A model generated the notes under the pieces. That model saw only the letters and a program-made list of their open reading frames with translations, had not been told where the DNA came from and ran no database searches. Shown one piece after another: positions 47,098-55,241 of a DNA stretch of 64,000 nucleotides. The DNA comes from Dehalococcoidia bacterium (lineage in GTDB: Bacteria > Chloroflexota > Dehalococcoidia > Lucifugimonadales > Australimonadaceae), in NCBI GenBank assembly GCA_965243745.1, contig CBDEVR010000002.1:967935-1031934 (forward strand), given 5' to 3'. How positions within the stretch are numbered: position 1 is the first letter of the stretch; every line of letters starts with the position of its first letter. The position numbers and the translations under genes were made by a program.

Positions 47098-47591
47098 TAT
47101 CTCTTACGCCGCCTTGACAGGATGAAGAGCGCTGCGGCAGCCACCGCCGCAGCGCCGGCAACCAGGAGCGGGCGTTGCCGATAGACGGGGGTATCGTACG
47201 AGCGGTACGAGACCGGGAGCGGTCGCTGCGGTGCAGGATCTGCGGGTGGGGCAGCGGCGCCCGCGGCATCCGCGAGATGGCTCGCCGCGTCGCCGCCGAA
47301 CGATTCGATGTAGCCGCGCACCAGCCCGTCTGCCGCCGCGCGCAGGAAGGCGTCGCGCCCTTGCGCGGGAAGATAGCGATAGGCGCGCCCGTCGAGTTCC
47401 CGCGTCAGCATCTCCTTCTCGACGAGGCGGTTGAGCACGGTCATCACGGTCTTGTAGTTCGCGTCACCAAGCCGGTCCACGACGTCCTGTACCGAGAGCG
47501 GACGCCCCGCCGTCCACGCGACATCCATCAGCCGCGTCTCCAGCGGCCCCAGCGTCGTCACCGGCGTCTTATGCTCTGTCGCTTCCTGCAT
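47097..47591 (-). CDS. BlaI/MecI/CopY-family winged-helix repressor with extra C-terminal TM anchor
   Basis: The N-terminal ~115 aa fit BlaI (LGPLETRLMDVAW...YKTVMTVLNRLVEK). The C-terminus adds a Pro-rich linker plus LLVAGAAAVAAAALFIL-SRRRKR. Confidence 0.65.
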   Translation of the reverse strand: MQEATEHKTPVTTLGPLETRLMDVAWTAGRPLSVQDVVDRLGDANYKTVMTVLNRLVEKEMLTRELDGRAYRYLPAQGRDAFLRAAADGLVRGYIESFGGDAASHLADAAGAAAPPADPAPQRPLPVSYRSYDTPVYRQRPLLVAGAAAVAAAALFILSRRRKR

Positions 47592-47770
47592 GTCCTCCGC
47601 TCACCTTCGGTAGACGTATCGCCTACTCAACGTAAGAGCGCGCAGGAGGAGTGTCAACCTCCAGCGGTCGCACGCTTCAGTGATTCAGGCAAGCCCTCCA
47701 GCCCCACGTGTCGCGGCCCGCTGGCGTAAGATGGGGGACGCTCGTCGAAGCCCACAGGGAGAACGACCCG

Positions 47771-50701
47771 ATGCCACTGCTGTACGAAACCGCCCGCAAG
47801 GGCGCGTCCATCGCCGCCTCCGAGGTCAACGCCATCGCCGACAGGCTGCGCGGCCAAATCGCCGGGGAAGTGCGGATGGACCACTACAACCGCCTCATGT
47901 ACTCCACCGACGCCTCCATCTTCCAGATGACGCCCGTCGGCGTCGTCGTGCCGCGCACGGCGGACGACGTGGAGGCCACGATCCGCATCGCGCGCGAGCA
48001 TGGCGTGCCCGTCACGCCGCGCGGTGGCGGTACGGCGCTTGCGGGGCAGACGACCAACCACACCATCGTCATGGACTTCTCCAAGTACATGCGCAACGTG
48101 CTGGAGGTCTCGCCGGAAGAGCGGTGGGCCCGCGTGCAGCCCGGCATCGTCAACAACCACCTCTCCGCCGCAGTGCGCCAGTACGGCTTGATGTACGGGC
48201 CGGACCCGGTCACGAGCGCCCGCGCCACCGTCGGCGGCGGCATCGGCAACAACTCCTGCGGCCCCCACTCCGTCATCTACGGCAAGACGCTCGATCACAT
48301 CCTGGAGGTCGACACCGTCCTCTCGGACGGCAGCCGCGCCCGCTTCTCGCCCGTCGCCGGCGAGGCGCTGGAGGACAAGTTCTCGCGCAACGACCTCGAG
48401 GGCGCCATCTACCGCGAGACGCGCCGCCTCGCCTGGGAGCATGCCGACGAGATAGCGCAACGCTTCCCCCGCATCCTTCGCCGCGTCATGGGCTACAACC
48501 TCGACGACTTCACCGGCGACGGCCCCATGAACCTCACGCGCGCCGTCGTCGGATCGGAGGGCACGCTCGTCGCCGTCACGGAGGCGCGCGTCAACCTGGT
48601 GCCACTCCCGCGCTACAAGGGCCTCGGCGTCGTCCACTTCACCGACCTCATCGAGTGCATGGAGGCGTCCGTCCCGCTCCTCGAGCACAGCCCGTCGGCG
48701 GTCGAGCTCGTGGGCCACATGATCATCGACAACTGCAAGGTGAACCCCGGCTACCGCAGCCTGCTCGACTACTTCATCGGAGAGCCGCGCGAACTGCTGT
48801 TCGTCGAGTTCTACGGCGACTCCCCGCGCGAGGTGCAGTCGAGGCTCGAGGCGATGAAGGCCGACATGGAGCACCGCCGCCTCGGCTACGCCACGATGAT
48901 CACGAACGACCCCATCGAGCAGCAGCGCTGGTACGCCCTCCGCGAGGCCGGGCTGGGGCTGGCGATGGCGCTCAAGGGCGACGCCAAGCCGCTGCCGTAC
49001 GTGGAGGACACCGCTGTCTCGCCCGAGCAGTTGCCGCAGTACGTGCGCCGCTTCGAGGAGATCATCGCGAAGCACGACACCGAGGCTGCCTACTACGGCC
49101 ACGCGTCGACCGGCTGCCTCCACATCCGCCCCGTCGTCAACCTCAAGCAGCATGAGGGCGTCGAGAAGATGGCCTCCATCGCCGAGGAGATCGCCGACCT
49201 CGTCCTGGAGTTCGGCGGCAGCCTCACCGGCGAGCACGGCGACGGCATCGTGCGCGGCGTCTTCACCGAGAAGATGTTCGGCTCCGAGCTCTACCAGGCG
49301 TTCAAGGAGCTCAAGCAGACGTTCGACCCGGACGGCATCATGAACCCGGGCAAGATCATCGAGACGCCCGGCCTGCGCGAGAACCTGCGCATCGGCCCCG
49401 ACTACAAAGCTATCGACGTCCCCACGTACCTCGACTTCAGCGAGGACGGCGGCTTCGGCGCGCACGTCGAGATGTGCAACAGCCAGGGCGCGTGCCGCAA
49501 ACTGGACGGCGGCATGTGCCCCTCCTTCATGGCGACGCGCGAGGAGGAGCACTCCACCCGCGCCCGCGCCACGATGCTCCGCATGATCATCAGCGGCAAG
49601 CTCCCCGCCGACGAACTCACCGGCAAGCGCCTCTACGACACGATGGACCTCTGCGTCGAGTGCAAGGCGTGCAAGGCCGAGTGCCCCTCCAACGTGGACA
49701 TGGCCAAGCTGAAGTCCGAGGTGCTCAGCAAGTACTACGAGAAGCACGGCCTGCCGCTGCGCGCCCGCGCGTTCGGCGAGGTCGCACGCCTCAGCCGCAT
49801 CGGACAGGCCATCGCACCGGTCACGAACCTGCTCGGCAGCCTGCCGCCGTCGAAGCTGTTCGCGGAGCGCGTGTTCGGCATAGCCCGCGAGCGCCCGCTG
49901 CCGAAGTTCGCGCTGCGACGCTTCTCGTCGTGGTTCGCTCGCCGGGACGCGCAGGCGCAGAAGGGAACGCGCGGCGACGTCATCTACTTCCACGACACGT
50001 TCACCGAGTACATGACGCCGGAGGTGGGACGCGCCGCCGTCCGCGTGCTGGAGGCGCTCGGCTACAACGTAAGCATCGAGACGCAGCGCGGCTGCTGCGG
50101 CAGGCCGCTCATTTCCAAGGGGCAATTGAAGAAAGCGAAGGGCTGGGCGCAGAAGAACGTGGAAGTGCTCGCGCCCCACGCGCAGCGCGGCACGCTCATC
50201 GTCGGCACGGAGCCGTCCTGTCTGCTCACGCTCCGCGACGAGTACCCGGAGTTGCTGCGCAACGGCGCATCGCGGTCCGTCGCGAGCCAGGCGCTCATGC
50301 TGGACGAACTGCTCGTGAAGCTCGCGGCTGAGGAGCCGGACGCCGTACGCACCGCGTTCACGGAGGGCGCCAAGGCGCAGATGCAGGTGCACGGCCACTG
50401 CCACCAGAAGGCGCTCGTGGGCGCAGGCCCGACGCTGGAGGCGCTCCGCATCGCCGGTTACGAGCCTGAGCTGATCGACTCCGCGTGCTGCGGCATGGCG
50501 GGGACGTTCGGCTTCGAGAAGGAGCACTACGAGACGTCGAAGGCGATGGGGTCGCTCAAGCTCTTCCCGGCCATCGAGGCGGAGGAGAAGCGCGGCTGGC
50601 CGGTCGCCGTCTCGGGCATCTCGTGCCGCCAGCAGATCGGGCACTTCACGTCCAAGAAACCCCGCCACTGGGCGGAGTACCTCGCGGACGCGCTGCGCTA
50701 A
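47771..50701 (+). CDS. FAD-binding + (Fe-S)/CCG-domain fusion oxidoreductase (YdiJ / GlcD-GlcF-like 2-hydroxyacid dehydrogenase)
   Basis: ATG at 47771 follows AGGGAGA. FAD-binding-4 domain (PRGGGTALAGQT), 4Fe-4S Cys clusters (CNSQGACRK, CVECKACKAECP) and C-terminal CCG repeats (CCG.P, CCGMAG). Confidence 0.8.
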   Translation: MPLLYETARKGASIAASEVNAIADRLRGQIAGEVRMDHYNRLMYSTDASIFQMTPVGVVVPRTADDVEATIRIAREHGVPVTPRGGGTALAGQTTNHTIVMDFSKYMRNVLEVSPEERWARVQPGIVNNHLSAAVRQYGLMYGPDPVTSARATVGGGIGNNSCGPHSVIYGKTLDHILEVDTVLSDGSRARFSPVAGEALEDKFSRNDLEGAIYRETRRLAWEHADEIAQRFPRILRRVMGYNLDDFTGDGPMNLTRAVVGSEGTLVAVTEARVNLVPLPRYKGLGVVHFTDLIECMEASVPLLEHSPSAVELVGHMIIDNCKVNPGYRSLLDYFIGEPRELLFVEFYGDSPREVQSRLEAMKADMEHRRLGYATMITNDPIEQQRWYALREAGLGLAMALKGDAKPLPYVEDTAVSPEQLPQYVRRFEEIIAKHDTEAAYYGHASTGCLHIRPVVNLKQHEGVEKMASIAEEIADLVLEFGGSLTGEHGDGIVRGVFTEKMFGSELYQAFKELKQTFDPDGIMNPGKIIETPGLRENLRIGPDYKAIDVPTYLDFSEDGGFGAHVEMCNSQGACRKLDGGMCPSFMATREEEHSTRARATMLRMIISGKLPADELTGKRLYDTMDLCVECKACKAECPSNVDMAKLKSEVLSKYYEKHGLPLRARAFGEVARLSRIGQAIAPVTNLLGSLPPSKLFAERVFGIARERPLPKFALRRFSSWFARRDAQAQKGTRGDVIYFHDTFTEYMTPEVGRAAVRVLEALGYNVSIETQRGCCGRPLISKGQLKKAKGWAQKNVEVLAPHAQRGTLIVGTEPSCLLTLRDEYPELLRNGASRSVASQALMLDELLVKLAAEEPDAVRTAFTEGAKAQMQVHGHCHQKALVGAGPTLEALRIAGYEPELIDSACCGMAGTFGFEKEHYETSKAMGSLKLFPAIEAEEKRGWPVAVSGISCRQQIGHFTSKKPRHWAEYLADALR

Positions 50702-51198
50702 CGCCGCCTCCTACGCGGCGTAGGACGACCGCCCCTGCGGGGCGAAGGCGCCTGTGATTCGGGAGCGGGAGTGGGTTCGACACGGGGCTCCTCTCTGCCG
50801 CCGTCCTCCGGCTCCTGTGCCGCCTCGCGCGACTGGTGGGCGACGGAGATGGCGCGTAAGAGTGCGTCTGCGACAACCTCCACGTAGCGCTGGTCCCGCG
50901 ACGCGAGCACGTAGACCGGCCCGCGCTGTGTCGTGATGCGTATGCCGAACCGGGGCTTCTTCCGCGCCAGGTTGAACGAACCCGACGTCACGGCCACGGC
51001 ACCGATCAAGAGCGTGACCGTGTGCCCGAGCGCGAGCGCCACTCCCATGAGCACGAACCCGAGGAACAACGTGAACGTCCCCGGCCAGCGCACGCCCCTG
51101 TCCTCGATGCGTTCGACGTTCCGGATGTTGCGTGGGGCATAGGCGTGCTCGCCGAACACGGCGCGCTGCGGGGAGATGCGAACGCCGTTCGCGTCCAT
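50698..51198 (-). CDS. hypothetical membrane protein with basic C-terminal tail
   Basis: Start placed at MDANGV (51198), 32 nt after the cimA stop. Two TM helices. The tail is Pro/Arg-rich. Confidence 0.45.
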   Translation of the reverse strand: MDANGVRISPQRAVFGEHAYAPRNIRNVERIEDRGVRWPGTFTLFLGFVLMGVALALGHTVTLLIGAVAVTSGSFNLARKKPRFGIRITTQRGPVYVLASRDQRYVEVVADALLRAISVAHQSREAAQEPEDGGREEPRVEPTPAPESQAPSPRRGGRPTPRRRRR

Positions 51199-51230
51199 GT
51201 GGAAGACCTCGGTGGCCACGTGGCCTCCCG

Positions 51231-52811
51231 CTACCGCTGCAGCAGCGCGTATTCGAGGCTGTCCGACAGCGCCTGCCACGACGCCTCGATGATGTTCGTC
51301 GACGCCCCGACGGTCGCCCACGTCTCTTCGCCGTCCGTGGACTCGACGAGCACGCGCACGACCGCGCCGGTGCCGCCGGGCCCCTGCGAGACGACGCGCA
51401 CCTTGTAGTCGGTCAGCTCCACGTTGCCGAGGTGTGGGTAGAAGTCGAGCAGCGCCTTGCGCATCGCCTCGTCGAGCGCGTTCACCGGCCCGTTGCCCTC
51501 GGCGACCATGTGCCGCACCTCGCCGTTCACGGAGAGCTTCACCATCGCCTCACAGAGAGCGTCGTCACCGGTCCGGTTCCCCGGCCTGCGCCGCTTCTCC
51601 ATCACCACCATGAAGTCGACGAGTTCGAACGGCGGCCGGTAGTCCGGCTGCGTGCGCTCCACGAGCAGGCGGAACGACCCCTCGGCGCCCTCGTACTGGA
51701 AACCCTCGTTCTCGCGCTCCTTCACCGTCTGCAGCAACGCGCCCAGCCGCTTGCCGGAGACGTCGGCGGTCAGCCCCGCCTCCTGCAGTTTGACCGCGAT
51801 GTTGCTCCGTCCCGCCAGTTCAGACACCACGACGTGCTTCGCGTTACCGACGAGTTCCGGCTTGATGTGCTGGTAGCTGTCCTCCACCTTCGTGACGGCG
51901 GAGACGTGCAGCCCGCCCTTGTGCGTGAAGGCGCTCTCGCCCACGTACGGCTGGTAGCGGCTGCGCGGCATGTTCGCGAGTTCCGCCGTGAACCGGTGCA
52001 TCTCCGTGAGGTGGCTCATCTGCTCATCGCTGATCACGTCCATGCCCAGCTTCAACTGGAGGTTCGGGATCACGGAGAGGAGGTTGGCATTGCCGCACCG
52101 CTCGCCGTAGCCGTTGATGGTGCCCTGCACCTGGGTCGCGCCGGCCTGCACCGCCGCGATGGTGTTGGCGACCGCCACGTCGGCGTCGTTGTGGCAGTGG
52201 ATGCCGACCCCGCAGTCAACCGCCTTCGCCACCGCGCTGACGGTCGCGAACACGTCCACGGGCAACGTCCCGCCGTTCGTGTCGCACAGCACGACGTACT
52301 CCGCCCCGGCCTCAGACGCCGCGCGGATGCATTGCAGGGAGTACTCCGGGTTCGCCACGTAGCCGTCGAAGAAGTGCTCCGCGTCGAAGAAGACGCGCTT
52401 CCCCTGCTCCCGCAGGTACGAAACGGAGTCGCGGATCATCGCGAGGTTCTCTTCAAGCGGCGTCTCGAGCACATCCGAGACCTGCATCTCCGACGCCTTG
52501 CCGACGAGCGTGACCACCTCCGCGCCGCTGTCGAGCAGCGCCTGGATGTTCGCGTCGTCCTCCACGGCGGAGTTGGCGCGGCGGGTGCTGCCGAACGCGG
52601 TGAGCTTGGCGTGCGCCAGGTTGAGGCCCTTCGCCTCGCGGAAGAACTCCTCGTCCTTCGGGTTCGAGCCGGGCCAGCCGCCCTCGATGAAGTGGACGCC
52701 CAGCTGGTCCAGCCGCTCCGCGATGCGCAGCTTGTCGTGCACGGAGAGGCTCACGCCCTCCATCTGCGAACCGTCGCGCAGCGTCGTGTCGTACAGCGTT
52801 ACGCTCGCCAT
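51231..52811 (-). CDS. cimA: (R)-citramalate synthase (long LeuA-family form)
   Basis: Start at MASVTLYDTTLRDGSQ (52811) with AAGGAG RBS. GGWPGSNPKDEEFF and a C-terminal LeuA-dimer/regulatory domain are present. Confidence 0.8.
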   Translation of the reverse strand: MASVTLYDTTLRDGSQMEGVSLSVHDKLRIAERLDQLGVHFIEGGWPGSNPKDEEFFREAKGLNLAHAKLTAFGSTRRANSAVEDDANIQALLDSGAEVVTLVGKASEMQVSDVLETPLEENLAMIRDSVSYLREQGKRVFFDAEHFFDGYVANPEYSLQCIRAASEAGAEYVVLCDTNGGTLPVDVFATVSAVAKAVDCGVGIHCHNDADVAVANTIAAVQAGATQVQGTINGYGERCGNANLLSVIPNLQLKLGMDVISDEQMSHLTEMHRFTAELANMPRSRYQPYVGESAFTHKGGLHVSAVTKVEDSYQHIKPELVGNAKHVVVSELAGRSNIAVKLQEAGLTADVSGKRLGALLQTVKERENEGFQYEGAEGSFRLLVERTQPDYRPPFELVDFMVVMEKRRRPGNRTGDDALCEAMVKLSVNGEVRHMVAEGNGPVNALDEAMRKALLDFYPHLGNVELTDYKVRVVSQGPGGTGAVVRVLVESTDGEETWATVGASTNIIEASWQALSDSLEYALLQR

Positions 52812-52848
52812 GACATCCACTCCTTCTCGCTCTCCTCCAACGTCCAAT

Positions 52849-52878
52849 AAAAAAAACCCGTCCCTGACAGGGACGGGC
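52849..52878 (-). terminator. intrinsic terminator of the T-box leader
   Basis: Minus strand reads GCCCGTCCCTG-TCA-GGGACGGGC... followed by eight T. It ends about 37 nt upstream of the cimA ATG. Confidence 0.8.
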
Positions 52879-53115
52879 ATCACCCGCGGTACCACCCCGG
52901 TTCCCCCACGCGCCGTAGGGGCACTCAGCGGAGCGCCATCACGCTCCCGCCTTCGGTAACGGGCGGCGAACCCGGTCAGGTCTACTCTCCCGCTGTGCGG
53001 GACTTCGGCTGACGGCTCGGGAGGGATCTTCGACTGGGGCGGCGCACCGGTCTCACACCGTCACCGGCTCGCTCGACCGCCGTGGGCCCGTCTACTCGTC
53101 TCCGTCGCAGCCGTT
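52849..53115 (-). promoter_or_regulatory. T-box riboswitch leader controlling cimA
   Basis: Minus strand contains the T-box consensus core GGGTGGTACCGCG (plus coordinates 52885-52897) just 5' of the terminator. Upstream lie Stem-I-like elements (AGTAGA, GGTGTGAGACC distal-loop-like motif, GAAGATC specifier-loop candidate). An extended -10 TGGTATCAT sits at 53131-53123. Confidence 0.75.
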
Positions 53116-53186
53116 ACGCGTAATGATACCACGAGCGCACACGCCCGGCCAGCGCGTTCGCCTGCGGGTGGTGTCCGATGGGGGCG

Positions 53187-53387
53187 TTACCACCGCGGCC
53201 AGTGGCGGGACAGCAGGCTGGCCAGCGTCGGCATGAGACCCGTCACGACACCGAAGAAGAAGACGAAGTTCATCGCGGTCTGGACCGGGTCGGGCGCGTT
53301 CGGCCACAACAACGTCTGGGCTATCCCTATGGCCAGGGCCGCAAGACCGACCTTGACCAGCACCCTGCCGAAGCGTGCGAGGTCCAC
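53187..53387 (-). CDS. small membrane protein (hypothetical)
   Basis: 66 aa with two hydrophobic helices and GC-rich third codon positions. Lies 27 nt downstream of the amidase. No family recognised. Confidence 0.4.
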   Translation of the reverse strand: MDLARFGRVLVKVGLAALAIGIAQTLLWPNAPDPVQTAMNFVFFFGVVTGLMPTLASLLSRHWPRW

Positions 53388-53414
53388 TATCCCCTCGGCC
53401 TGACGAACGCCCCG

Positions 53415-54818
53415 CTACTCCAGCGGCGGGCGTGCCTCGTGCCAGGACGTGCGCTGCTGATACGCGTGCCCGATGCGGAAGAGCGTGTTCTCCTGGAACG
53501 GACGCCCCGCGATCTGGATGCTCAGCGGCAGACCGCTCTCCGTGAACCCGCACGGCACCGCCATCGCCGGAACGCCGGAGAGGTTGAACGGGCTGCGGTG
53601 CGAGCGGATGCCGAAGAACTGCGCGATCACCGCCTCCTTCGACGTGAGCCCCGTCTCCGTAGGGATGGGCGGCGCGCCTCCCGCCTGCGCGGGCGTCACG
53701 ATGACGTCATACCTGCCGAGTTCGCGCATGACGTGACGGCGCATCAGCGTGCGGAAGCGCAGCAGCTTCGTGTAGACCGCACCGGGGACGAGGCTCGCGG
53801 CCATCAGCCTGCGCCTCGTCGCGAAGTCGTACTTCTCCGCCTGCGTGCGCAGCCACTTCCGGTGCGTGTGCGCCGCCTCTACGTCCGACAGCGTGTTCGC
53901 GATCAACCCGCCGCGCTCGAAGAGCGGCAGCGACGCGTCACCGACCTTGGCGCCCGCGTCCTCCAGCACGCGCATCGCGGCGTCCAGGGTCGCTGCCGCC
54001 TCTGCGCTCGCCATGCCGTTGTCGATGCTCTCACGCACGACGCCGATGCGCAGTCCGCTCAGGTCGTCGTCCGGTTCGAACGGGGTGACGGGGCGCGTCG
54101 ACGAGTACTTGTCCTTCGGGTCGTGCCCCGCGATCGACTGGTGGAGCATCACGGCGTCGGCGACGGTCTTGGTCATCGGGCCTATCGTGTCCATGAACCA
54201 CGCCATCGGAAACGCGCCGTGACGGCTCACGGCGCCCCACGTCGGGCGCAGCCCCACGATGCCGCACCAGCCCGCCGGGCCGCGTATCGAGCCCGCCGTG
54301 TCGCCGCCGAGCGCAGCCGCGCAGAGGGAAGCCGCGACCGCGACGCCGGAGCCGCTGCTCGACTGTCCCGCCTGCCGCGTCTCGTCCCACGGGTTGCGCG
54401 GGACGCCGAACGGGTGCTGCACGTTGCCGCCGAGCGCGTACTCGCTCAGGTTCAGCTTGCCGAGCAGCACCGCGCCGTCCTCGCGGAGCCGTCCGACCGC
54501 CGTGGCATCCTCGTCCGCGACGTAGTCCACGATGTTCCCGCCGAGCGTCGTCCGCATCCCCTTCGCGTCGAACTGGTCCTTCACCGCGACGGGGAGCCCG
54601 TGCAGCGGGCCCCGCACCATGCCGCGGGAGAGTTCGGCCTCAGCCGCCTTCGCAGCGCGCAAGGCGCCCTCCTCGTCGAGCGTGATGTAGGCGTTCAGCC
54701 GCTCGAAGCGCTTCGCCCGCGCGATGAACGCCTCGGTCAGCTCGACGGGCGACACCTCGCCGCGGGTGATAAGCGCGGAGAGTTCCGTCGCGGAGCGGAG
54801 CGTCAGATCATCGGCCAC
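53415..54818 (-). CDS. amidase-signature (AS) family amidase, GatA/AtzE-like
   Basis: Lys-Ser-Ser triad context (LHGLPVAVKD; GQSSSGSGVAVA; GGDTAGSIRGPA). Confidence 0.8.
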   Translation of the reverse strand: MADDLTLRSATELSALITRGEVSPVELTEAFIARAKRFERLNAYITLDEEGALRAAKAAEAELSRGMVRGPLHGLPVAVKDQFDAKGMRTTLGGNIVDYVADEDATAVGRLREDGAVLLGKLNLSEYALGGNVQHPFGVPRNPWDETRQAGQSSSGSGVAVAASLCAAALGGDTAGSIRGPAGWCGIVGLRPTWGAVSRHGAFPMAWFMDTIGPMTKTVADAVMLHQSIAGHDPKDKYSSTRPVTPFEPDDDLSGLRIGVVRESIDNGMASAEAAATLDAAMRVLEDAGAKVGDASLPLFERGGLIANTLSDVEAAHTHRKWLRTQAEKYDFATRRRLMAASLVPGAVYTKLLRFRTLMRRHVMRELGRYDVIVTPAQAGGAPPIPTETGLTSKEAVIAQFFGIRSHRSPFNLSGVPAMAVPCGFTESGLPLSIQIAGRPFQENTLFRIGHAYQQRTSWHEARPPLE

Positions 54819-55029
54819 CGCCGGCCTCCTCTGCCTCTGCGCCCTCGGCGGTGAGCCAGAAGACGGGGATGGGGTCTATCGCGTCGGCCTCCGGATCTTC
54901 GAGCGCCGCGGCTGCCTCGTTGATGGCGTTCACGCGGTTCGTGATCTCGTCGAGGTCGACGTCGTCGAGCGGCGTCATGTCGAGCGCCCGTAGCAGCGAG
55001 CGCACCTCTTCGGTCGTCAGGTCGGGCAT
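54808..55029 (-). CDS. GatC-like small subunit protein (AtzG-like)
   Basis: 73 aa and acidic. GatC-like N-terminus (LTTEEVRSLLRALDM...DLDEITNRVNAI). Overlaps the amidase start by 11 nt. Confidence 0.55.
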   Translation of the reverse strand: MPDLTTEEVRSLLRALDMTPLDDVDLDEITNRVNAINEAAAALEDPEADAIDPIPVFWLTAEGAEAEEAGGGR

Positions 55030-55119
55030 GGGGAACCTCCGCGCCGCATTCTAGCGTCTCCCGGCAGCGCGTGGCGCATGACCGGAGGAGGGCGCATTTG
55101 GTATCCTGACGAGTGGCGT

Positions 55120-55212
55120 GGAGGGATCGCATAGAGGCCTAGTGCGCCCGCCTGCTAAGCGGGTTGGGGGTGATGAGCTCCCTCGCGGGTTCGAATCCCG
55201 CTCCCTCCGCCA
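55120..55212 (+). tRNA. tRNA-Ser (anticodon GCT), long variable arm, CCA encoded
   Basis: Acceptor GGAGGGA/TCCCTCC. Anticodon stem CCCGC/GCGGG with loop CTGCTAA. Long variable arm. T-arm GCGGG-TTCGAAT-CCCGC, then G-CCA. An upstream extended -10 TGGTATCCT lies at 55099-55107. Confidence 0.9.
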
Positions 55213-55241
55213 CCATCGACAACCGTAGGCCGGGACACGCC

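Noticed and set aside
47654-50668. 1004-aa ORF on the minus strand
   Set aside because: It is fully antisense to the well-supported FAD/Fe-S oxidoreductase gene. Its composition is Arg/Ala/Gly/Leu-rich with no recognisable motifs. This is the typical stop-codon-poor antisense frame of high-GC DNA.
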